Origin: Octopus vulgaris
Taxonomy: Eukaryota
Assembly: GCA_951406725.2 (NCBI GenBank)
Contig: OX597834.1
Coordinates: 2,170,001 to 2,234,000, forward strand
Direction: 5' to 3'
DNA length: 64,000 bases
Position numbers and translations under genes: made by a program. This document shows positions 53,410 through 64,000 of the stretch, piece after piece (the stretch's first letter is position 1; every line of letters begins with the position of its first letter). The notes under the pieces are model-generated. The model made no database searches, was not told the origin of the DNA, and saw nothing but the letters and a program-made list of their open reading frames with translations.

Positions 53410-54335
53410 TGATACACATGTGGCATACATATCCACATATATATATATATCAATATTTAACGTCCATTGTCCGTGCTGGCATGGGTTGGACAGTGTGACC
53501 GGAGCTGGCACCTGGGGAGCTGCCCCACACTGCAGTCTGCTTGGACATGGTTTCCACGGCTGGATACCCTTCCTAACACCAACCACTTTACAGAGTGTGC
53601 TGGGTGCTTATACGTGGCACCACACAAGCGCTTTTATGTGGCACTGCACGGGTGCTTTTGCATGGCACCCCACAGGGACACACAGACATGCAGTGGAACC
53701 TCAGTTTATGGATTTGATTCATTCCTGGAAGCCATTCATAAACCAAAAGTATTTATTTCTATTGGAGATTCAATAGAATGCATGGGGAGTTCAAGTCAGG
53801 AAGTGCACCGAATGCAAGCAAAACGGTAAATGATGCTCTTGCGGCAGCTTGGTGCCAACCATTGTTCATGGCTTGCATCTCCGTCACCCAAGATATTTTA
53901 TGTTGAAAAAGTTGTTTGTAAACTGGTTTGTTTTTGGTAAGAGACATTTGTAAAGCAAGGCTCCACTGTATATGCATGTGGCCATACACACACTTATATA
54001 CACACGTGTATGTATACAATGTTAGTGACATTACATGTAAGGCTGCCTCTGCATCTGTGTCCACATACATGAGTGTGTGTATGTATAAAACATGTATGTG
54101 TGTAATCCAACATGTAGCTATATTGTCTCACTCGCTCTACATGATGCATACTCAATATGTATACCATGTCTACACATGCAGCATTACCTGTTCTATATGA
54201 TCCCATGTAGTAAGTCACTGTTATACTTCATGTTGATCCCCATGTTTCGCTGAACTCAGTTACTGTCTACTTTGTGACCTCCATGAACTGTGCACTTCAC
54301 TACCTACATACAGTACACACTTCCTCCATGTTTAC

Positions 54336-54372
<37 letters not shown>

Positions 54373-55693
54373 CGTGCGTGCGTATGTGTGAGTTTGCTTT
54401 TATCTGTGGGTGATAGATACATATATCTATAGGCAGCTTATACTTCATATAAGTTATGTACATACACACACGTAAACATCTGTATATCTACATGTTTGTG
54501 TGTGTATATAGTAAAATCGATAAAAAGATTGCAGTGAATTTGCTGTAGGGAGAGGAAAATCCAACATTTCAGACAGATTCTTTCTTCAGAAGAAAAGTTG
54601 AAAGGAGAGAAACTCTTGAGAAAAAGCAGAGTTTAACATCCTCTTAGAAAAACTGGCAACAGTAAATTCCCTGCAGTCTTTTTGTTGATTTGTGTGTGTG
54701 TGTGCACATACACATGCATATATACACAAATATATATGAGCCTGGTGCAGCCATCTGGTTTGTGAGTCCTCAGTGAAACCGTCCAACCCATGCCAGCATG
54801 GAAAGCGGACGTTAAATGACAACGATGAGGATAATACACACACACATATATATATATACACACGCACGCACACACACACACACACATATATATATATACA
54901 CACACGCGCACACATATATATATATATATTACAGCCCATCATTAGTCTCTTTGGGGTCTGATAATGTGTCTGTACACACACACACACATACGCTTCTTTT
55001 TCCCAATGACAAAAGTGAACTCTGTCAAAAGTTCTGAATGGTGGACATTGAAACAGCTCCATCAGCCAGTAATCAGTGTCCATTTCAAAGCTGACCATTG
55101 TAACTACTGTGACCAACCATTGACCAAACAGTCTGTTTATGCTAGAAGGATCGTCTCTCCTCTCCTCCACCGACACACGTAGTAGCATGTACTGAAAGCT
55201 GTCTTCTGCTTCAGTGTCACCCTCACCTCCAAGAAACCCCTTTCTGTTTTGACCCCCACCCCCAGTTAGTCTTTACTGCATGTTTTTTCATTCTTTCTCT
55301 TCGTTCTGTCTTGTCTCTCCTAAAAAAAAAATCAAAAATAAAATATCCCCAAAACACCGAAAATGGTAATTCACTCTGTGACATCTTCAGTTCTTCCTGA
55401 AGCATTCGTTTTCATTTTTCTTTCTTTTTTTGTCCAAAACTCTGCATGGTTCCGTTCTGTTGAATCAGTTTCCATTCGGCATCTCTCCACCCCACCCCTC
55501 TCTCTCTCTTTCTCTCTCCATCTGTATCAACAGACTCTACTGCCACTGCCGCCTTTTGTTAACACCACTTTCTGTTGCCATAGTAACTGTGTCAAAGTTA
55601 ATCATTGTTTAACAGTCTCTTTGAGATATATGTATGTATAATGCATATTATATATTACATAAACTATACATATATATAGTGTATATATATATG

Positions 55694-55741
<48 letters not shown>

Positions 55742-56199
55742 GTCTGTACATATACACATACATGAATATACATTTTGCACGTGTATATATATATGTGTGT
55801 GTGTTATACATCATATAATACATAGAAAATGTTTTTGTTCTGTTTTTTTTTTCTTGGAGTCTGTCATGTTTCCTTCACCGAAGCTTCTGTCTTGAGATTG
55901 TGATGCTTTCTTTCAAATTTCATCATCTTTTCAATTCTTTTCCAATTTCCATGAATTTGAAATGTTGCTTTAATTTGAAAATAAAATAACATCTGTTTGT
56001 TAGCTTTTTCTGTTTTTTTTGCCACAAATTCTTTCTCTTCTGCATGGTTCTGTTCCTGTTTTGTTTTTTGTTTTTTCTGAGATTGCTCCTTTCCAAGATC
56101 AATGTCGTATTTATTTTTGGATCTAATTGAAATTTTAAAATATTCCTTATCTATGAAATTCCCAATTTTTAGCAGGCGTCCCTTTCCATTCATCCTTCT

Positions 56200-56530
56200 T
56201 CTCTGCCCACTATACTTGAGAGGCTCACGGGGGTCGAGTCCTCAGATGACCTCCTCCATTGGCTCTTATTACAAGCAATAATCATTCTACTTTCTGGCTG
56301 GATTCCAAGATGCCACCGAGTCATGGATCTTATCCAACTATTTCATTCTTGGTCCACCTCTAAGTCTCCTGCCAGTTGGCTTAGCTTGAAGAATCTGTCT
56401 TTCAATTCTTTCTTGTACCAGAGTTGAGACCTCTCAATGAGTAGACATAAAAGCTCCACCTGGGGCGATTCCTGATTTCCGTGCAATGTAACCGGTCAAA
56501 TAGTCTTACTTGTTAACCCAGAGTTATTCT
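56200..56530 (-). mobile_element. RTE-like LINE 3' remnant
   Basis: Decayed ERQILQAKPTGRRLRGGPRMK-LDKI motif on the minus strand. Confidence 0.45.
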
Positions 56531-56531
56531 A

Positions 56532-56562
<31 letters not shown>

Positions 56563-57074
56563 TTCGCCTCTTTATCTTTGCTTTCGTTTGATGTCTGGCT
56601 TTAACACCACAAGGGAGACCACTGTGTTATGTCTGTTGAATATCCCAGTCTACATTTATTTCTAAATTGAAGACAAGGTGTTAACTCACAGTTGGAAATG
56701 CTGTCATGTCAACACTCAGTGATCTCCCTTACGGCAGGGAATTCTATGAGCACCAATTCCTGTTCTTCAATACTGTGTTTGTTAATTATACACTATTGTA
56801 TAGCTTTGGCTGGGAATGAACCAGTGACCTTTTATTTCTCAGTGAATCCCTTAAAGTCCACGCCAAATACATTTAATCTGACATCACTTTTAACAAAAAG
56901 AGTGAGAGACCGTTTTTTTTTGGCCTGTAATGATTATATGGACAGTTGAAGGGTCTTCTTTACATCGAGGATCAAAAATCGTATGCATGGGTGGGGTGGT
57001 GCGGAGGTGAGTCTAAATACAGCTGTAATGGTGATGGTGGGGTTAAGCCAAGATCCCAGAACATCATTCTAAAG

Positions 57075-57235
57075 TAGTGCTTTGCAACCAGTATGCTGCG
57101 GCACACTGGTGTGCCACGAGACTACGCTAAGTGTGCCACAGTGTAACCTGAATATAATTTCTTTCCCTTTACTTTTAGTTTTGTGGTTCAGGTGTACCAC
57201 CATATTTTGAAAAGAGTGAAAGTGTGCCACACCTG
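57075..57235 (+). mobile_element. hAT-like terminal fragment
   Basis: tagtgctttgcaacc followed by repeated gtgtgcca sub-terminal motifs. Confidence 0.4.
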
Positions 57236-59317
57236 TCTAAAGTATCTTGTAGCATTTAGGTTCGTTTGTTGTAACAGTTTTACACTGGGATGATTCAGTT
57301 GACTGATAACACACCTCTCCTTCCTGGCCCACCTCATCATATGCCTCTTCAAAAAACAAACGTAATCAGTTTTTACCTTCTTCATTATTTCACAAAGAAT
57401 GGATATGTTCACCTGAGAATTGTAGTTTTCTAGAGTTCTTATTTAGAGACAAAACCTTTGGTACACATTCATGGTATTTAGTCCTAGGACAGTTCTGCAT
57501 TCTAACCACGACAATCCTGTCTTTTTCCTTTGATTCAGAGAACCAGCAATTAGATATTTCGTCTTTAGTTTATTAATTAACTCCTGCATTATTTTAGGTA
57601 ATTAACTTAATTCACACAATATCTTTTGTGCACTGGTTTCAAAATGAGTGCACGTACATTAGTCTCACAGATTATCTAGAGCACAATAGACCCTGTGTCC
57701 TTTTTGAAGACAAGCAAGAGATTTGACTGCTGTTTCTAACAGATTGACCAACCACATAGTGGTTGGTCTATAGTGATGTGACCGAAGAGATCCATAAACC
57801 CAGACAACCTCACTACACTGCATAAAGGCCATTTTGTTTAGTATCAAGGATCTCAAATGAGAAATCTTATAAAAGTATAAACTTTTTAAGCAGAGGAAAA
57901 TGGCTGAAAGTCTACCAAAAGACAGAAGTTATCAAATATTATAGAAATTCAATATAAAAATGTTTATTTTCGGCAAGGCAGTATATCTAAATAATTAGAT
58001 TTCTGAAATATATCATATGGCGATTGTTTGGGGGGGGGGGGGGTCGGCAAATAGAAAATCTGTTTCGCGAATACAATCCACTGCTGATTTCTTTTATTTC
58101 ATTCCCACAATTTTATTTCTGTCTTGGCTGTTTTCGTGTCAAAATTAGCATATATCTATATATATATATATACACATATGTATATATATATATAGATATA
58201 TGTATATATATATATATATGTAAATGGAAAACATTTACATATACGTATTATTTTTAACTTAATTTCAAGCCTTTCAGTTATGCCGCTACAGCACGATTCG
58301 AACTCAAAGCATGCTCTCTCACTTTTAACCATTTCTAAATTTTATTTTATTTAATCATTTTTGAAAAATCTTTTTTCCAATGTATTTTGCCACAATTTTC
58401 TGGTAACAGTAAGAGTAGCTTCCCTTGCAACAATGCAAAGGACGGTAACTCTGTTTTTACCAGTAAATTTTTTCATTGAAATTTCTTTTTATGGTCCTTA
58501 TGAACCGTTCGTGCACAAACTGCGGGCCACATAACATTTGAATGGCACACCAACGGAAAATTAGCTTCAATGATTTTTAGTAGTACGGTCCATTTCTCGA
58601 AAAAAAAAAAAAGGTTGTCCATGCCTGGTATAAAGTATAACAGCGAGTCGTTACCTGGTTTTGAAGTGGATGGGCTTAAATACGAGTGAGTCTCACAAAA
58701 GAATGTTGGTGTCCCCTGTGGATTTTGAGTCCTTAAGCTATAAGCTTGTTTGGATTATGACTAAATCTAACGCTGTCTAACACCAGTTGTAGTTCTCTCT
58801 TATAGATAAGGTCGATATAAATGATTTTTATATACAAAAACTCCTCCGTTGTGTCACAAGTGCTGTCGTGGGTAGCAGGGTAGAGAAGCTGGTTCTGTTC
58901 TGACTTCAGTACCATCGCATTGACACCTTCAGCAAATATATTCTACTATAACATGGAATCAACCCAAAATAAATTGGGTTCTTGGCAATAATGAATGGTG
59001 GATCTGATTAAATCTCTTTCTCCGCCAGCAATTTATCTCCACTGGGTGAGTCTTTTGGAGTCTTTTTGGTTCTTAAACCTTGACTTCAGATTTCTAATCT
59101 GAACTTTATACAGATCTGAATTCACATCCTCCATGAAGATTAAATATTCAGTTTTGCTCACAGAGCATCAAAGGTCCATGACCCTCACCCTTGATTTCCA
59201 ATCATTCATGGACATATGTAATTTTAAAGTATTCACAAAAATAAAACCATCAATTTTAAACCCTATTTCTAGCTACAAGAATACAGTTTTATATTTAAGA
59301 GATGAGGAATTATGTAT

Positions 59318-59436
59318 ATTTACATTTGATGGATATTTGTCCTCATCTTGTTTGTTGTTTTGGCTGGAGGCTATATCAGCCGAAACATTGTATTAACAAC
59401 AAACAAGATGAGGACAAATATCTGTTGAATGGAAAT
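59318..59436. repeat. Inverted repeat of a Penelope-like terminal sequence enclosing a half hammerhead
   Basis: Perfect 28-bp arms 59332-59359 / 59395-59422; loop GGCTG-gaggctatat-CAGCC-GAAAC. Confidence 0.85.
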
Positions 59437-59622
59437 AGCTACAAGAAGTTTTGTCATCATTTATAAAACTTGCATTTATATTTACAAATTCTGTGTGCGT
59501 GTGTGTATATACGTTTTATATAAATTTGTTTTGTGGCAAAACAAAAAAAAAAACCCAAAGGTGGTTTAGCAAGTTTTATAAATATTTGTGAAAAAACCTG
59601 ATTTTTTTGTTTGTTTTTGTAG

Positions 59623-59819
59623 GAGGTTTGGCCCGGTACCATTCCAAATATGGAATGGAATACGAATTTGGAATGCAAATGGAAGAGGAGTTGAAGCCAG
59701 CAGTACATGACAAGAAACTGAATAATGGACAAGAAACGGACATTTATCAATTAACTCCAGCCGATGAGAGAGACCTAACGTCATGGTCAAATGTCTCCGG
59801 CACAGACCTTCTCTTCTAG
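59623..59819 (+). CDS. TPRN: Terminal coding exon of the same gene (GLARYHSKYGMEYEFG...YQLTPADERDLTSWSNVSGTDLLF*)
   Basis: Acceptor tttttttgtttgtttttgtag ends 59622. Phase 1 join G|GA=Gly keeps frame with the previous exon; stop TAG at 59817-59819. GL..Y..K and LTPA...DL.....L.F resemble the recalled taperin C-terminus. Confidence 0.85.
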
Positions 59820-60349
59820 ATTCAGTTTCATTTTCTTACAGATACACTATTATCATTATTATTATTAATTATTATTATTTTGAAAATTTTTATAGTTATT
59901 AATATTATTATTATTATTATATTTTATAAGCAAATTCTATCATGGATTAATCATTGTTGTATTGTTGTTGTTGTTGTTGTTGTTTCTCTTTTATTTTATT
60001 TTTGAAGGAAGGAAACCCATTCCGATTGTACATATTTCGTCAACTGTCGACCCTCCTCCCCCTAACTCGCTTCACTCACCTCCCACCTCCTCTTCCTTTC
60101 TGTTTTCTCTTTCTGTGGCGTGGGGGTGGGTGGGGCTGTAGTAGTCTGGCTGTCTCCACGGAACAAACTTCCCTGTTCCTCACACACACACACACACACA
60201 CACTCCAAGTCCCTATTTTTCGGTCTACATTTTCATTTCAGTATCTACCCGACCTCCAATTTCATTATATCGTGGTTCTTCCTTTAAAACTCACATCTTT
60301 CGCTTTTTTTATAAACAGCGACTTAGAAAGCCTCTGCAATGTAGTCGAG

Positions 60350-60355
60350 AATAAA
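60350..60355 (+). terminator. Candidate polyadenylation signal
   Basis: AATAAA about 530 nt after the stop codon; the motif is common in AT-rich DNA. Confidence 0.25.
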
Positions 60356-61165
60356 TTTGAATGACAAACTTTACTATAAAACTTTCAATAATCCTCATAT
60401 TTTGGCTGATAAAAGCCTTAGTCATAGGTTTAGAGAGCAGGAAAGATGTCCTGCTTTATCACAAGTCTTGGCTTGTGTATGTTTATATATATATATATAT
60501 ATATATACATTTTAGATCATATTTTGAAGCATTGAGAAATTTTAAAATGCACAGATTATGGGGTAAAACAAACAAACCCTTACATAGAAAAGAGTTGACA
60601 ATATTCACTTTTTTCCTATCCGAAAGGTATTTACTTCGTTTTGGGAGTTGTAATTTGTAACTACATTTCCATTTGAACATCATAAAATGACACACACACA
60701 CATCTGTATGTGATGGAGTTCACTTTGTTAACATGCAGTTTTGAGTTCTATCTCAGTGAATGGCACCTTAGAGCAAGTGTCTTCTACTGTAGCACGAGAC
60801 TGACTAATGCTTCGTGAGCGAAATTGGTCAACAGTAACGGAGTGGAAGCCCGTTTTATGTATGGATGTACATGTGTATGCGTATATAATGTGTGTAAATG
60901 TTTACATTCTGCACTTTGCAATGTAAAGTTTGAACTAAAAAGATTTTTTAAGATTGGTGATGTTTGTTGATAATCTTCATTGACAAGTTGTCCATTAGCT
61001 CTATTCTTTCAACAAGGAATCACACAAATAATCCTTTACTTGAAAATAGGAAAAAAAAAAAAAACAAGAGTTAGTAACAAGATGGAAATCTGGTTGTAAA
61101 GCAATGCCTTGATTTTTATGTCCTCATTCACACCATTCTAGTATGGGAAAACACGCATAAAGCAA

Positions 61166-61203
<38 letters not shown>

Positions 61204-63375
61204 CAGCTTGGTCAGAAGCTGCTGGCTAGAATGTTTATGTATGTAGAATTATATAAACACTCGCACATCTACACATATGTATATGTTTACATAATGATGT
61301 GTAGTGAAATATGTGTATATATACACATTTTATTTATGCATGGAAGTACACTGACATATTCACACATTGTTATATATGCAAACTACACACACACACACAC
61401 ACACTCCCAAGACATACCCCCCACCCACATTGTAAACTCAGTCTGTGTGAGGACTCTCCCCCACCACCTTCCAAACCCCCCACTCCCATTCTCCACCCAC
61501 CCACCTTATTATCAGTGAATTTTTTTCCTTCTTGCTCCCCCCCCCCTTTGAATGTTTCTGGCAGTCAAAAGACATTCGCAAATTTTGCTGGCTGCCAAAA
61601 AAAAAAAATAAAACAAAATAAACCCCTTCATGGCGGTGCTCCAGCATGACCACAGCCGCATGGCTGAAACGAGTAAAAGAGTAAGATCTTAGACGTCTAC
61701 ATGACCTTCACAAATGTTCCTGACAGTCTAAAGACATTCAAATTCACAAAATTATTCCAAGAAAAAATTTCCAATTGTTTAAAACGTTGAAGTAAAATTT
61801 AGGGGCCAGGGTTTTGTTTTTTTGGTTTGTTTTCTAATTGTTTTTTAATTATTTTTTTGAAATATAAATGTATATGTGTATATATATTATAATTACTACA
61901 ATGAAGTATATATATATATAAATATATATATATGTATGTGTGCACGTGTGTGTTTGCATGTGTGTGTGTGTGTGTGTGTGTAATCATCTCACTAACTCAA
62001 ACTACAGTTTATGTTGTAAAAAGTCTGTAGTTAATCCTGCTGGTCAGGTGATGGCAGAGGGGGGCGGGGCGGAGGTGTGTGTGTGTGTCACCTTCCCCCA
62101 CCCCCTCTAACACCCCCTCCCTTTGTCTAGAGCTGGAGGGGGAGAGAGAAAAGCTTGGAATAGAGGTGAATGGGAACATTAGGGTGAGAGAGCAGCTGTG
62201 TGTGTGTGTGTAGGGGTGTGAAAAAGGGCCCACCCCTGTGTGTGTGTGTGTGTGTGTGGTGGCAGGAGGTGAGAGAGACTCAGGTGTCTGCAAAGGGGAA
62301 TGAGAGGACGTGTGTGTGTGTGTGTGTACATGAAATAGACTATACAAGTGTGTGTGAAGGGAGCATGAGAAAACCTGTGTGTGTGTGTGTGTGTATGCAT
62401 ACATACATGTAAGAGGAACCCTATAGAAGTGTGTGTGTGTGTGTGTGTGGTCACCCAGCATAGTCTGACGCACCTTTTATTAATCTCTGCATATATTCCA
62501 ATCCATGCAAGCATGGAGAAATAAAAATGGACATAAAAATGATTAATTATGATGATGATGATGATGATTCCAAATGCCATATGATGTCTCGCTGTGTGTG
62601 TGTGTAGGTTCAATTTCAGCTGTCTTCTTCCACCATAACCACCTCCTCGGAGACATGATCCTCCTCCTCCTCCCCCCCCACCTCCACACACACAGCCTCA
62701 CTTTATTGGTTCATTGAAGTCATATGATTTGGAACAAAAACAAAAATAAATAAATACAAACAACAGATTATTTAACTGCCTCATTAATAAATACTAATGA
62801 CCTACAACAGAATCCCTCTCTTAACGAGTTGTGTTTTTTCTTCATTCTTTTCTCTATCTTTACAGAAACCCCATTTTTTTCTGGTTCCATCTATAACCCC
62901 TCAGTCTCTCATCTCCTGTTCTGGAGGGAGAGAATATCCCCTCGCACCCACACACCCACTTCCTCAGATCCTGTTCTCATAATATAACGAACTTATTGCC
63001 CACCCCTGCTTGGGTGCACCACAACTCACCTGAAAAGGTTGCCAAAAGTGCGTGAAGAATACAAAGAAGAATGCACAGGAAGTGAAGAATGAAGGAATTG
63101 CTTAAAAACACAAGCTTGGGGGGGGGGAGAAATCAAGTGGTCGTGAGATATGCTAAAAATAACAGCTTGAATCACAATTTATTTTCGGTGGGTGGTGGGG
63201 GTGCATAGTTGTATGATTTCCTGTTGTGTTGGTTATATGCCATGCGTAACGAAGAATTCTGCCATGGATTGAAAGACAAAGTTGACCTCGAGGGCACAGA
63301 CAGCTTGAAGGAACACAACAAAATAGTATTGTATTAAAAATATATGAAACATGAGAGTTTAAAAATTTTTTAATG

Positions 63376-63471
63376 CATCTTACAATTGTTTCATAAAAGT
63401 ATTATCATTATAATGGAATCAATTCATTGTTGATACACATTGAAAGACAATACTTCCGATCGTCAGAGATG
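63376..63471 (-). ncRNA. Type I hammerhead ribozyme motif
   Basis: Minus strand: CATCT-CTGACGA-[AAGTATTGTC...GATAATACTT stem II]-GAAAC-AATT-GTA-AGATG; 5-bp stem I, palindromic stem III. Confidence 0.7.
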
Positions 63472-64000
63472 GGGAAGATAAAGTTTTTATAGTATATCGA
63501 ATGTTGTTTGAGAAAGTATTTTTGAAAAATAGATTAAAATTTACTGGTTTAGATTTATGCAGGTAGACTTTGGTAAAAAAAATCAGAAGTTTGTTTATAT
63601 ATCTCCTTGGTAAGTTCCTCTTGGTAATCCATGAGAATTTTGTGTAAACAATACCTTATCCTGCATTCCATATTTGAGACGTAGAAGGTGGAATTTGGTG
63701 GTCAAAATTATCAAATTTTTATTTGTACAACTGGAAGATACCAATTTAAATTTTAAATTATAATTTTTTTTTATTACAACTGTAAAGGTCTTTTTATTGT
63801 AGGTTAAATGTGTACAGGTTCAAATTCTAAGAAAACCAATTTTGGTGACCCTCCACCATCACAACCAGTTGGGTCTCACCAACTTCCACAATTTCTGGAA
63901 TCTCTTCTTACGTTGTCTGCTCCACTTGTATGAGAATTCTGACACTCTGGCCATGCCAGTTTCTTTGCTCCACCACAGCAGCATCCAACAGGGTTATTCT

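Noticed and set aside
54586-55188. Longest ORF (200 aa)
   Set aside because: Runs through microsatellites and a family C repeat; no coherent protein features.
141-62982. Hundreds of 60-200 aa ORFs rich in HT, CV, YI, ER, N or H runs
   Set aside because: Translations of (CA)n, (TA)n, (GA)n, (TTA)n and (CAT)n microsatellites or SINE bodies; no splice or homology support.

Overview
AT-rich eukaryotic genomic DNA, dense in microsatellites ((CA)n, (TA)n, (GA)n, (TTA)n, (CAT)n) and SINEs. The repeat landscape resembles a coleoid cephalopod, most likely Octopus (inference, not proven). Almost all ORFs in the track are microsatellite or repeat artefacts. The only convincing host coding sequence is two phase-compatible + strand exons (49729-49963 and terminal exon 59623-59819). 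They encode the C-terminus of a taperin/phostensin-like PP1-binding protein (KVCF RVxF motif + YPSE; C-terminal LTPA..DL....DLLF). The preceding ~49 kb is probably intron or upstream sequence. It holds several modular tRNA-derived SINE families, RTE, R4/Dong and Tx1-like LINE remnants, a decayed DD37D/maT-type mariner with TIRs, hAT-like MITEs and Penelope-like remnants. Most notable observations: (1) about ten dispersed type I hammerhead-ribozyme motifs of the Penelope/retrozyme kind, several with intact cores and stem I; (2) a textbook recursive-splice site (Yn-CAG|GTAAGT) with a downstream RS-exon donor at 3121-3213; (3) a 34-nt stop-containing cassette exon candidate between the two coding exons and a candidate ATG-ending alternative first exon; (4) several long fold-back hairpins built from repeat ends; (5) R4/Dong 3' ends stacked inside (TAA)n arrays.
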